64,000 bases of DNA from a virus: the IMG/VR virus record IMGVR_UViG_3300036768_000756, positions 4,187-68,186 of that record; one strand, given 5' to 3'. Positions within the stretch are counted from its first letter, which is position 1, and each line of letters opens with the position of its first letter. Of this stretch, positions 1 through 9,295 are shown one piece after another. The notes beneath the pieces are model-generated. The model saw only the letters and a program-made list of their open reading frames with translations, made no database searches and was not told where the DNA came from. A program made the translations under genes and the position numbers.

Positions 1-11
1 AGGAGGGGGAG

Positions 12-926
12 ATGCGATCGGTAGTGCGATGGTATGGCGGCAAAGGGCGCATGATCGCAAAGCTCCTGCGCCATGTTCCGCAAGGGGGGCGACCGTACTG
101 CGAGCCCTACATGGGAGGGGCGTCGCTGTTTTTTGCCCGAAAGCCGGCGGCCGTCGAAGTATTGAATGACTTGAACGGTGATCTCGTGAATCTGTTCCGC
201 TGCTTACAGGATCCGAAGACGTTTCCGGAGCTTCAGCATCGGATCCGGTACACGCTCTATTCGCGGGCCGAGTTTGGCCGGGCGATTGACATTTTAAACG
301 GCGATGAGACCGACCCCGTGCTGCGCGCATGGGCCATGTTTGTTGCGGCTAATCAGAGTTTTGCCGGAAAATATGATGTCATCGGGAATTGGGGGAAGGC
401 GATTCACGAAAGCGCTAGGGGCATTGCCGCAGAGAACAACAAGTGGATCATGAGGCTGTCCATGCTGGAGGATTGGCATCGCCGGCTCCTGATGGTGCAG
501 ATTGATAACCGCGATGCGCTTGAGGTGATCCGATACTACGACAACCTAGATGCCGTGTTTTACCTTGACCCGCCCCATCATCCAGATACGTGGGATGTGA
601 GCCAGGGCTATGATCACGTGGCGGACGCGAGTCACCACGAGCAGTTGGTTGAGCTTATTCTGCAATGTAAGGGCACTGTCGTGCTGTCTGGGTACGACCA
701 TCCGATATATCAGTCGCTCATAGAGAACGGCTGGACAGTGACGACATACGAAACTGTCGCCTATGCCGCCGGGCGCGTTCGGGGTTCCGGTCTCCAAGGT
801 GCCGGCGCCGCAATGGCAAAGGTTCCGCGCATCGAATGTATCTGGTCAAACCCGCGCGCACAGGAGATGCTCGCGGCGCAGCGTGGCATGTTGCCACTCG
901 GAGAAATGGGGAACGGTGAGAATTGA
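12..926 (+). CDS. DNA adenine methyltransferase (Dam/D12 class)
   Basis: WYGGKG, YCEPYMGGASL, EVLNDLNGDLVNLF, IDNRDA and YLDPPH motifs; AGGAGG RBS. Confidence 0.9.
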   Translation: MRSVVRWYGGKGRMIAKLLRHVPQGGRPYCEPYMGGASLFFARKPAAVEVLNDLNGDLVNLFRCLQDPKTFPELQHRIRYTLYSRAEFGRAIDILNGDETDPVLRAWAMFVAANQSFAGKYDVIGNWGKAIHESARGIAAENNKWIMRLSMLEDWHRRLLMVQIDNRDALEVIRYYDNLDAVFYLDPPHHPDTWDVSQGYDHVADASHHEQLVELILQCKGTVVLSGYDHPIYQSLIENGWTVTTYETVAYAAGRVRGSGLQGAGAAMAKVPRIECIWSNPRAQEMLAAQRGMLPLGEMGNGEN

Positions 927-938
927 GGAGGTGGAATC

Positions 939-1298
939 ATGCAATGCAAACTATGTGCTGACGCCATCATGCTGATGGACGCGGTCACAGGTCCGGATCG
1001 CAGGTTGCTGCGGCCCATCTACGACGCCCTGAACGAGGCAGTCACCATGGCGGTGTGCTCGTGGATCGTGAATGGCGCAAGGCTAGGCGAGCTGGGAGAG
1101 GTCGTGTCTGCCATCCACGGAGACATGCACCAGGTCATGTGCGCCCACTCCGGAGAGCTATTGACCCTGGCGGGCATGGCCGAGGCCCGGTTGCGCACTG
1201 CCGGCAACCACCAGGCGGCTGACTTCATCTCGGTCCGCATCCAGTCGGTAGCGCGGGCCCTAGTGCACGAGCCGTCTGCCACCGGTACGGAGCAGTGA
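939..1298 (+). CDS. Hypothetical phage early protein (homologue of 33966-34322)
   Basis: GAGGAGG RBS; protein conserved with the other copy. Confidence 0.8.
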   Translation: MQCKLCADAIMLMDAVTGPDRRLLRPIYDALNEAVTMAVCSWIVNGARLGELGEVVSAIHGDMHQVMCAHSGELLTLAGMAEARLRTAGNHQAADFISVRIQSVARALVHEPSATGTEQ

Positions 1299-1301
1299 CC
1301 C

Positions 1302-1640
1302 ATGCAGATCCGGTCCATCTATCTGGCACGCCGAGACGGACGCTACCGGCTATGGCTATGCCCGATCCATACATCGCACACGATGCCGCAGGGGCCCCAG
1401 GTGATCTGGACGCAGCACGGACATCCGCCCCGTTTCCGCGTGCTGGGTATCCGTCAGGAGTTCACGACGCTCGAGGACGCTATCCGCGCGGCCGCATCGG
1501 ACTGGCGGGCTAAGCGTAGCTACGGGCCGGCCACGGTGCACGTGATAGCCGCATGGGCGCTACCACCCACGGATCGGAGCGTCGAGGCGGCCATCCAGGC
1601 TGCTAGGGCGCTCCTGGCAGCGCGCGGCATTGAGCTCTGA
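1302..1640 (+). CDS. Hypothetical phage early protein (homologue of 34319-34672)
   Basis: TLEDAIRAAASDWRAKRSYGP conserved in both copies. Confidence 0.75.
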   Translation: MQIRSIYLARRDGRYRLWLCPIHTSHTMPQGPQVIWTQHGHPPRFRVLGIRQEFTTLEDAIRAAASDWRAKRSYGPATVHVIAAWALPPTDRSVEAAIQAARALLAARGIEL

Positions 1641-1668
1641 TGTCCGCGGGCCGATGCTCTGCGGCCAC

Positions 1669-1701
1669 AAAAAAGCCCCCGCGGGCGACCACGGGGGCTT
1701 T
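1669..1701. terminator. Intrinsic, probably bidirectional terminator between convergent early and late genes
   Basis: AAAAAAGCCCCCGCGG-loop-CCACGGGGGCTTT; conserved at 35540-35572. Confidence 0.8.
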
Positions 1702-1735
1702 GGGTGGCGGGGTGGGGGGCGGGCCGTCTAGGCGG

Positions 1736-1981
1736 TCACGAGCCGATGATGGGGCCGGAAATGACGCTCACCATGCCCGGCTCGTCAAAGTGCGGCTCGA
1801 GGATCTCCCAACCGAGGAACCGGTACGTCCCGGCATCTGGCTCGTCGGCCTCCAGGGCCCGGATGTGCGGCATAATCGCCAGCCAGGCCTCGCCGGGGGT
1901 CCCGGCGTACGTGTAATGCACGAAGTACCGGTCGTTGACGAACCGGTAGCGGGCTACTGCGCTGCGTGGAAACTGTCCCAT
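1736..1981 (-). CDS. Moron-like hypothetical protein (81 aa), absent from the other copy
   Basis: AAAGGAGG RBS before ATG at 1981; promoter-like motif upstream. Confidence 0.7.
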   Translation of the reverse strand: MGQFPRSAVARYRFVNDRYFVHYTYAGTPGEAWLAIMPHIRALEADEPDAGTYRFLGWEILEPHFDEPGMVSVISGPIIGS

Positions 1982-2104
1982 AACCAACCTCCTTTCGCGC
2001 CCAGATATGCCACGCAAGCCCGCACGAATCAAGCCGATATATGCGTGAAATAATCTAATGCGTCGCGCGCGACACTAGCAGCCCGGGCTGATGCCTGTGC
2101 CCGG

Positions 2105-3040
2105 CTACTGCACCACTACCGTCGGCATCGGCGCCACGCGGATCTGCCTGGGTGGTGGCAGCTCGACCCGACGCGGCCCGGGCACGATGATGATCGCGCG
2201 CGGTGTGCCCTCAGCCGGTGGCTTCGTGGGCGTGATCGTGCGCGTCGGTGTGTGTGTCGGCGGGTTCGTCGGCGTAAACGTCGGAGTGCGAGTCGGAGTC
2301 GCGGTGGGCGTATCTGTCGGAGTCCGAGTCGGTGTGTCAGTCGGTATGGGCGTCGGCGTATGAGTGGGCGTGAACGTGGGCGTGGCGGTCGGAGTCTCCG
2401 TCGGAGTATGTGCCGGCGTCTCGGTGACCGTCGGTGTATGGGTCACCGTCGGCGTGTGAGTGGGCGTGTGTGTCACCGTTGGAGTGTGTGTCGGCGTGTT
2501 TGTGACGGTCGGAGTCTGCGTCGGCGTGTGGGTCACCGTCGGAGTGTGGGTCACGGTGGGCGTGTGAGTTGGGGTGTTGGTGATGGTCGGCGTGTTGGTT
2601 CGAGTCGGCGTGTTGGTCGGCGTCGGAGTGCGAGTCGGCGTGTTCGTGATCGTGGGCGTCCTGGTTGGCGTGTTGGTGATGGTCGGCGTGTTCGTGACCG
2701 TCGGAGTGTGGGTTGGTGTCGGAGTGTGTGTCGGCGTGTCCGTCGGTGTATGGGTCACCGTCGGTGTCTCAGTAGGCGTCCTAGTCACCGTCGGCGTATG
2801 CGTTGCGGTGGCGGTATGCGTGGGTGTCGGAGTGCGAGTTGGGGTCTCCGTCGGCGTGCTGGTCGGACTCTCTGTCGGCGTTGACGTAGGCGTCGGCGTG
2901 GGCGTGCTCGTCGGTGTTGGCGTCGGCACGCTAAACCATAACGGGCGAGGATACGCGCCGACTGTACTCGGGCGCACGACGAATACATAAGTCGCTAGTG
3001 CGACAACGACACAGATCAGTATCCCGACTGCCCGCTTCAA
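2105..3040 (-). CDS. Exported or membrane-anchored Pro/Thr-repeat (mucin-like) protein
   Basis: Hydrophobic N-terminus, long TPT repeat tract, conserved C-terminal domain; GAGGAG RBS. Confidence 0.85.
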   Translation of the reverse strand: MKRAVGILICVVVALATYVFVVRPSTVGAYPRPLWFSVPTPTPTSTPTPTPTSTPTESPTSTPTETPTRTPTPTHTATATHTPTVTRTPTETPTVTHTPTDTPTHTPTPTHTPTVTNTPTITNTPTRTPTITNTPTRTPTPTNTPTRTNTPTITNTPTHTPTVTHTPTVTHTPTQTPTVTNTPTHTPTVTHTPTHTPTVTHTPTVTETPAHTPTETPTATPTFTPTHTPTPIPTDTPTRTPTDTPTATPTRTPTFTPTNPPTHTPTRTITPTKPPAEGTPRAIIIVPGPRRVELPPPRQIRVAPMPTVVVQ

Positions 3041-3051
3041 TCATCTGCTCC

Positions 3052-3771
3052 TCAGTCAGTTGTTGCGATCCACCCCGCCATGCCGCGCTTGAGGCACAAG
3101 CGATAGACAATCGCCACCCATGTCGCAGATACCGACAGCGTGCCACTGAATGCACCGCTGCCGTCGTACGCATGCTGGAAGGTCGCGCGATGCGTCGCGG
3201 AGACAAAGTTGTTTATGCCGCAGAGCTGCGTCCCAGTGCCTGTTAGCGTCGGCGCGGTGCTCGAATACGTCATTACGGACACGATCGTCGCCATACCATA
3301 ACCAGCGGGACAGGCAGTGGTGGCCGCAGGTACGGAGACAGTCGTACCGCTACCGGTCGCTGTCTGCGTTTGAGCGAGCGCAATATCTTTCGTATGCGCT
3401 ACGTGCGACACACATATGTTCTTGACACGAACACTGCTTGAAAATGATCCTGTCCATGTTACCCCGGTTTGCGCTCCGGGCACGGTGAACGGTCGCCCAA
3501 CTCCGTCAAGATTGGCACTGTTGTTGACCTCGATCGTACTGCTCAATGGACTGGCGCTGGCCCATGATGATGTGATGCTGTACCCGGTCGTATCGTCAGA
3601 GGAATGAGCGACAACGACCGCCCCCATGCCAGGAACATCGCCGGTACAACTGACGCTCGTCGTAAAGGTAGTGCTCCCGGCATTGCAGACCTGCGAGTAC
3701 GTATAGGCGAGAGCCTCGCTGACCACGAGTGACAGGCATGCCGCACTAATCAGAATGCGCCGACCGATCAT
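3052..3771 (-). CDS. Secreted Ser/Thr-rich protein with paired cysteines
   Basis: Signal peptide MIGRRILISAACLSLVVSEALA; conserved in copy 2. Confidence 0.8.
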   Translation of the reverse strand: MIGRRILISAACLSLVVSEALAYTYSQVCNAGSTTFTTSVSCTGDVPGMGAVVVAHSSDDTTGYSITSSWASASPLSSTIEVNNSANLDGVGRPFTVPGAQTGVTWTGSFSSSVRVKNICVSHVAHTKDIALAQTQTATGSGTTVSVPAATTACPAGYGMATIVSVMTYSSTAPTLTGTGTQLCGINNFVSATHRATFQHAYDGSGAFSGTLSVSATWVAIVYRLCLKRGMAGWIATTD

Positions 3772-6700
3772 ACCGCACCTCCACGCCGAGAATGCGCGGA
3801 TCGTTGGTCCAGCTACTGCTGGTGGTGTTCACGATCCCATGCAACGCCACGGTTGATGCACCGCTACATGTGCCCGCGCAGGTAATGTTGGTGAGCGTTG
3901 CCTGCGTTACAGTATCTGCACTTGACGCCGTTTGTGACGTCGTGGCTGCCGTACCATAGGCAGCGGTAATTGCAGACCCCGAGGAGATACATTTACAGCT
4001 CCAATCGATCGCAAGCGTGTTGCTTGCGGAATCGCGGTGCAATGCAACGGGCGCTATTGCAAGCGCCGACCCCGACCATCCGCCTGGCATCGCGAAAACT
4101 GCCGAAAATTCAGAACCGGACGCATCAGGGCAAGACAGATAGCTATACCCTGGAGTATTCCCGCTTGGTGCGACGACGTCCTGTGTGCACGCAGTGGCAG
4201 CGGTGAATGCCATCGGCGAAAGCAGGAGCGTGCGCTTGCTAGTGTCCACGTACGACTTGTTAACGATATGGTTTGCCGAGGTCGGTGCATTCGCAACTGA
4301 ACATCTGTTGCTATCTAACGCGCTGCATGTCAACATGCCGGTACCGTTAACGCCAAGGGATATGGCACCGCGATTGCCTTCATATCGTGTCCCAGCAAAA
4401 GCCGGTAGGTCTACAATTGACGCGAACTTCGTTCCATCTGGCGCAAAGACTCCGACTGTTCCGCCATTGCTGCCTCCATCGCCAGTCTGCCCGATTGGGA
4501 TTGAATAAGTCGTGCCACCCGAGCGGTAACGCGGGATGTATCGTGTACCGACTTTTGACATCCACAGTTCGCCATCAATTGGATTTGATTGCGCAGAGCT
4601 ATCGGTAGTAGGCGGCACGGCTCCAGGTGTACCGCTACCAGTGTCTGTCCATGTATTTGAAGACCAGCCAGAAAGCGTCTGCAAAAGCCCGAATGTGCCC
4701 CCGGATGTCGGTGGTCGCCCGTAAACCTTCCATCCAGTGGCACCATGAACCTGGTTCACTATAATTGCCACAGCGCAATTAGAGCTGCAGCCACTGAGCG
4801 TTATACATGCAGCGTCGCCAGCGACAGTCTCCCCAAACTCGCTTACAGCGGTCGCACGATAGCAGTAAGTCCCATTGCCAAGCGTACCGCCTGTAGTTTG
4901 CGAGAGCGTCACGGTCGGTGAAGCAAGCGTGCTTGTCTGCGGTTGGTCACAGTCAAGTACACCAAGATAACCGCCAGCATTGCCACCAAAGCGCTGGCTA
5001 ATGTCAGCGGTCTTGGCGATTGGATCAACATATCTAATCGTGCCTGTGCCCTCAATACGCCGGCGACACGCGTTATACGCAACATTACCAGAGTAGTTAA
5101 AATTAACCTTGTCGCCGATAATCAAATCATACAATGGCGGTCTATCCGGAATCGAACGCAACTTTGCAACAGTTATATCTCGTACTGACAGCTCGGGTAG
5201 ATTCGCAGATATAAGAGCATTGTTTGTCTGACACGGACCACGAATAACTACAAAAGCGGCGTGTTTGTACGGCGACGGGGCCGAGGATGCATTAATCAAG
5301 CTGCGCATGATGCCGGTGTTAAAGCCAGTCGCGCAACGATTAAACACAAACTCGACTTGCCCTTCATAATCTCCTGTTACTTTCGAGCCACCCTGAATAA
5401 ATGCAAGATCGACTATAAAGTCAGCAGACCCCCCAGATACGCGTGGAGATAGAACAGATTTGATCGCACCGCTTGACCCAAAGCGTCTATTCGCAATGCA
5501 CGATGACCCAGGACAATCGGCATCAGACAAACACGCAAGTTGCGTATTGTTAGCACATACCGCCGGGTGGTCCCCCTCGAGATGAATAGAATGAAACGAT
5601 GCATTCCAGCCGAGGCCGTATGTCCAAATATCGTCAAAACCTACTGTCACATTGCCTGGGCCAGAAATAATGCCGTCGTATCCATTACCCCAATGAACCA
5701 GCCCAGCGTGCGTTGCGCCTGCGGCAACTACATCCCCAGCAAACCATAACGCATGCCCGTCGCCCATATTCGTTATTTGCAAACGCCGGAACGCAAGAGT
5801 GGCCCTGTTGGAAACGTACACCGTTGCAATGCTTGATCCAGAACGGATGATCGCTGATTGTCTGTCCGGTCCGATATACGTAATTGAGCCAGGGGATGGT
5901 ATCGATTTTACCGTGGTATCAATACACGGACCATTCGCTCCACAGTCCGCATCGGTGTGACATTGGACATTCTGATTCCCCTGGCACGCAAAGCCGATCC
6001 ATTCATCGTACTGGCCTGCAGCTAAGTTAACCGCATAGTACTTGGTTGCGAACAAATTACATGACCCACCGCCGCACCAACTCCTGGGGCCATTGATACA
6101 TGACGCCGCCGCACACGGCGACAATGGGTGAGTACGAGAGCACGTTTCATTCGATGGGCAATCATTGTCCACTGAGCACCCGATATCGCTTACCGAGCAA
6201 TATTTCATGCACGGCGTGTCCGTGCCGCTGCACACAAGTGTTGAGCAGACGCCCCCGCCGGTGCAATCGCGATGCTCGTTGCACGTTGCCCCCGCGTTCG
6301 TGCCGCCCGCGCAGCGCATGCAATTCTTGGCATTGTCGTTCGAGCATGTGTAAGCCCCATTGTCATTATTCGCGAGAATCCGCGCATGCACACCTTGCGG
6401 CCCCGTGATCGTTTTGCAGGGCTTATTGATTGGGCCGCACTCCGGACCGTCGGTGCCAGCTGGGTCAACATACAGGGCGAACGCACTTGCAATATCAGCC
6501 TGCGGAACCGGCGCATTGACGACCTGGCCGCCCACTACACGCAGCACCTGGCCGGTTGGGCTATCTGACAGTGCTCCGTTATTTGTGCCGCCCCAGGTAA
6601 GCGGCCACACTGTTTGTGGTAATGACATCGTGCCGCTGGACGGGTCATAAGATAGCGGCGGAGAAGCCTGAATCGATCTGCGCGCTTCGCTGTCCGAGTA

Positions 6701-6784
6701 GGCATCATCTACACGCGGTTGCGCATAGACCACAGGCGCGCATACCAGACCGACAAGCCCAATTGAGATTACTGCATGTCGCAT
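3746..6784 (-). CDS. Large Cys-rich tail-fibre/adhesin-like protein with signal peptide (~1012 aa)
   Basis: AGGAGA RBS; MRHAVISIGLVGLVCAPVVYA-Q signal; fibre-like motifs PLSYD, PLTWGGT, LYVDPAGTD, YCYRATAV, PTSANHIVNKSYVD; CxxxxDC repeats. Confidence 0.75.
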   Translation of the reverse strand: MRHAVISIGLVGLVCAPVVYAQPRVDDAYSDSEARRSIQASPPLSYDPSSGTMSLPQTVWPLTWGGTNNGALSDSPTGQVLRVVGGQVVNAPVPQADIASAFALYVDPAGTDGPECGPINKPCKTITGPQGVHARILANNDNGAYTCSNDNAKNCMRCAGGTNAGATCNEHRDCTGGGVCSTLVCSGTDTPCMKYCSVSDIGCSVDNDCPSNETCSRTHPLSPCAAASCINGPRSWCGGGSCNLFATKYYAVNLAAGQYDEWIGFACQGNQNVQCHTDADCGANGPCIDTTVKSIPSPGSITYIGPDRQSAIIRSGSSIATVYVSNRATLAFRRLQITNMGDGHALWFAGDVVAAGATHAGLVHWGNGYDGIISGPGNVTVGFDDIWTYGLGWNASFHSIHLEGDHPAVCANNTQLACLSDADCPGSSCIANRRFGSSGAIKSVLSPRVSGGSADFIVDLAFIQGGSKVTGDYEGQVEFVFNRCATGFNTGIMRSLINASSAPSPYKHAAFVVIRGPCQTNNALISANLPELSVRDITVAKLRSIPDRPPLYDLIIGDKVNFNYSGNVAYNACRRRIEGTGTIRYVDPIAKTADISQRFGGNAGGYLGVLDCDQPQTSTLASPTVTLSQTTGGTLGNGTYCYRATAVSEFGETVAGDAACITLSGCSSNCAVAIIVNQVHGATGWKVYGRPPTSGGTFGLLQTLSGWSSNTWTDTGSGTPGAVPPTTDSSAQSNPIDGELWMSKVGTRYIPRYRSGGTTYSIPIGQTGDGGSNGGTVGVFAPDGTKFASIVDLPAFAGTRYEGNRGAISLGVNGTGMLTCSALDSNRCSVANAPTSANHIVNKSYVDTSKRTLLLSPMAFTAATACTQDVVAPSGNTPGYSYLSCPDASGSEFSAVFAMPGGWSGSALAIAPVALHRDSASNTLAIDWSCKCISSGSAITAAYGTAATTSQTASSADTVTQATLTNITCAGTCSGASTVALHGIVNTTSSSWTNDPRILGVEVRYDRSAHSD

Positions 6785-7260
6785 CGTACGTAGTCTCCTG
6801 CGTTCTGCCTGGTTACGTACAAGTCTGAACAATCGCCTGTTGCCGGCGCCGGATAGCGCACGCAATCCCCATCAGACAGGTAGATGCCAGGACCGCCCCA
6901 CGGTTGCGGTCCAACGGACACCAAGATTCGTCCCGTATTCGGCGTGGGTCCCCTAGCGCAGCAATAGCACCATGCAGCGGGGATTGGCGTGGGAGTACCA
7001 GCTCCGACCGTCGGCGTCGGCGGGATCGCTGGCGTAGGTGTGCCCGGCGTGCCGCCTACGAATGGGCCTTGGTGGATGCGGTTCCAGCGCGGGGAGTCAA
7101 CGATCTTATCAGCGCACCGTTGCTCTCCGTCATAGCTGTAACAATGAGCGTCGATCACTGCCGTTGGCGTCGCAGCCGTCTGGATGCCTAGGCCGCGATC
7201 GACCTGCGCAGACGCCGCAGTAGCAAACAACCAGATACACGCAGACAACAGATACATCAT
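6769..7260 (-). CDS. Secreted Cys/Pro-Thr protein
   Basis: GAGGAGA RBS; signal peptide ending ASA-Q; conserved in copy 2. Confidence 0.75.
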   Translation of the reverse strand: MMYLLSACIWLFATAASAQVDRGLGIQTAATPTAVIDAHCYSYDGEQRCADKIVDSPRWNRIHQGPFVGGTPGTPTPAIPPTPTVGAGTPTPIPAAWCYCCARGPTPNTGRILVSVGPQPWGGPGIYLSDGDCVRYPAPATGDCSDLYVTRQNAGDYVRCDMQ

Positions 7261-7276
7261 GGCACGATGTCTCCTC

Positions 7277-8605
7277 TCATGGTAGACCATCACAGCCGCA
7301 CGTCACGTACGCGCGGCGGATGTACTCACAAGAATCCGCTGGACAGCGCGCGAGAGCCGGTGTCGGCGAGGCGTCGGGTGTCGCGGTATGCGTCCAGGTC
7401 GCCGTAGCCCGCGCGGTCGCGGTGGCCGTGTGCCGCGCCGTGGCCGTGGGCGTGGGTTCCGATGCAACTGCTGCACTCCAGGCCTGCTGCCCCAGTACAT
7501 CGAGCACCCATGCGCGTGTCGCTGACATGGCTACCCGTCGCACCTGCGAGCCGCCAGGATACCCGCGCACGACATCGCGCACCACGAGCTGCTGATCGAG
7601 TACATAGAGGTCACTACCGGACAGCAGCGCCACCCGCCCCGCACGCGAATCGACCACAGGCCCCTGGAGAGCCCGCCCTCGGATCGGGGCGCCGACCGCT
7701 GGCGCATCGCCGCTCCACGCAGTCAGCCGCTCGGCACCCGCCGGGCCATAGGTCCAAAGCGCGCCGCGCCCGTAGCAGACGGTGTCAGCGAGCAAATAGC
7801 CGCCGTCATAGACCGCGATGCTGGATGCGAGCGGGAGCCGTGTGGTGGACGTGTCACACGTGTGCATGCCGTCGCCCGCGATGCGGGCGGCTGCACCCGT
7901 GTCCCCGACGGAATAGATCGAGGCATAGTCGAGCACAACGCGATCCAGCAGCGCCTGCGGCTGATTGAGGCCCGTGACTCGGACGTCGGGATCGATGCCG
8001 TCCAGGTCGCGGAGCACCGTCATCGCCCCGCACCGGGCAAGCACGCGCCGCCTGCCCGCGTGCATCGAGAGCCAGCCTGAGCAACCGACGCCTTGCTGCT
8101 CCGACATGATCCGCGTCACGAGCGTCGTAGTCCGACCCGACACGCGCCACACGGCGAGCGAGCCGCGCTGGTCCGCGTCGAGCCCATACGTCGAGAGCGC
8201 GTAGAGCGCGCCGTCCGCGTCGACCGCGATGCCTGTCACTCGGCCAGAGACCGCGGCACCATCCACGCCACCGATGTCCTGGTGCCACTGTGCGGGCGCA
8301 GTGCAAGCCAGGAGCAGCATCAGTACTGGCAGGAGCGTCTCAATCGGTTTCCGCGCACCTCGTGGCCAATAATGCAGCGCCGCGCGCCATGGAGCGCCCA
8401 GATACCGCGCGAGCTCTGCGGCACGCGTCGCCCGCCGCTGTGCCCGGCCACTACGCACCTCAACCAGTAGCGCATCGCCAGGCCGGATGGCCACGATGTC
8501 CGCCGGCCCTTTGCTCGCCGCCGCGCGAAAACAGATGTAGCCGCACGCTCGTAGATACTCGATGCTGCGTCGCTCGTAGTACACGCCTCGCCGATAGTTG
8601 GTCAT
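7277..8605 (-). CDS. Hjc-like PD-(D/E)xK nuclease domain in frame with a signal-like segment and a putative beta-propeller
   Basis: N-terminus YRRGVYYER...GYICFRAAASKGPADIVAI...LVEVRS; then LLPVLMLLLAC; NHL-like motifs GIAVDADGALY and RIAGDG. Confidence 0.7.
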   Translation of the reverse strand: MTNYRRGVYYERRSIEYLRACGYICFRAAASKGPADIVAIRPGDALLVEVRSGRAQRRATRAAELARYLGAPWRAALHYWPRGARKPIETLLPVLMLLLACTAPAQWHQDIGGVDGAAVSGRVTGIAVDADGALYALSTYGLDADQRGSLAVWRVSGRTTTLVTRIMSEQQGVGCSGWLSMHAGRRRVLARCGAMTVLRDLDGIDPDVRVTGLNQPQALLDRVVLDYASIYSVGDTGAAARIAGDGMHTCDTSTTRLPLASSIAVYDGGYLLADTVCYGRGALWTYGPAGAERLTAWSGDAPAVGAPIRGRALQGPVVDSRAGRVALLSGSDLYVLDQQLVVRDVVRGYPGGSQVRRVAMSATRAWVLDVLGQQAWSAAVASEPTPTATARHTATATARATATWTHTATPDASPTPALARCPADSCEYIRRAYVTCGCDGLP

Positions 8606-9294
8606 CGGTCACCTCCCTGGAGCGTCCAATCACCCCACATGGTCCAGTAGTCCAATCGCCGCTGGCGCACGTAGACACCGTCGCCCTCGCGGCTGCCTGA
8701 TACATCCGTGTTTCCCTCGACGGTTTCCCCGGCTCGCAGCACGATCGCCATGTGCCCGCCGGTGCGGCCGACTCGCAATGCGAGGCATCCGCGATACATG
8801 CGAGTGACGCGCTGTCCGCGCGCATCGATCTCGATGGCGTGGTCGAGCACGCGCGCCGAGCGAATCCAGGTCCGTTGGCACCCAGTCCACCGCCGCACCG
8901 TCTCCAGGCACCACACGACAAATGCCGCGCACCAGGGATGCTCGCCCGTCGGGTCAAGCCCGGTCGCGCTGATATACTCGTCGATCTCGGGCCCGCGATT
9001 GGGCGCGTCCTCTCGCACTCCGAGCTGCGAGAGGCCAACGAGGCAGAGGAGCCCCCTAAGTGCCGACGTCGTGGCTCCGAGTGGCCGATGCAACGTGAGC
9101 TCCGTGATGCGCCCGATGGTCGGCATCTCGCCGCCGCCGAGCGCGCGCAGCGCGGCCTCTGTACGTGGCCCGAAGATCCCGTCGACAGGCCCCGGATCCG
9201 CGTCCTGCCGGACGGCGAGCTCCTGCAGCCAGCGCACTTCGGCGCCGCTGTGACCCCCGGAGAGTCTGAGCTGTCGCTGCTGTGCCGCGACCAT
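8602..9294 (-). CDS. Endolysin (peptidoglycan-binding domain plus CHAP domain)
   Basis: GAEVRWLQ...VDGIFGPRTEAA; QLGVRE...NRGPEI, PWCAAFV, GHMAIV, TVEGNT. Confidence 0.9.
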   Translation of the reverse strand: MVAAQQRQLRLSGGHSGAEVRWLQELAVRQDADPGPVDGIFGPRTEAALRALGGGEMPTIGRITELTLHRPLGATTSALRGLLCLVGLSQLGVREDAPNRGPEIDEYISATGLDPTGEHPWCAAFVVWCLETVRRWTGCQRTWIRSARVLDHAIEIDARGQRVTRMYRGCLALRVGRTGGHMAIVLRAGETVEGNTDVSGSREGDGVYVRQRRLDYWTMWGDWTLQGGDR

Positions 9295-9295
9295 G

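Noticed and set aside
2200-2930. Short tandem repeats as a CRISPR array or non-coding VNTR
   Set aside because: They are degenerate codon repeats of a Pro/Thr protein, with no constant repeat and unique spacer pattern.
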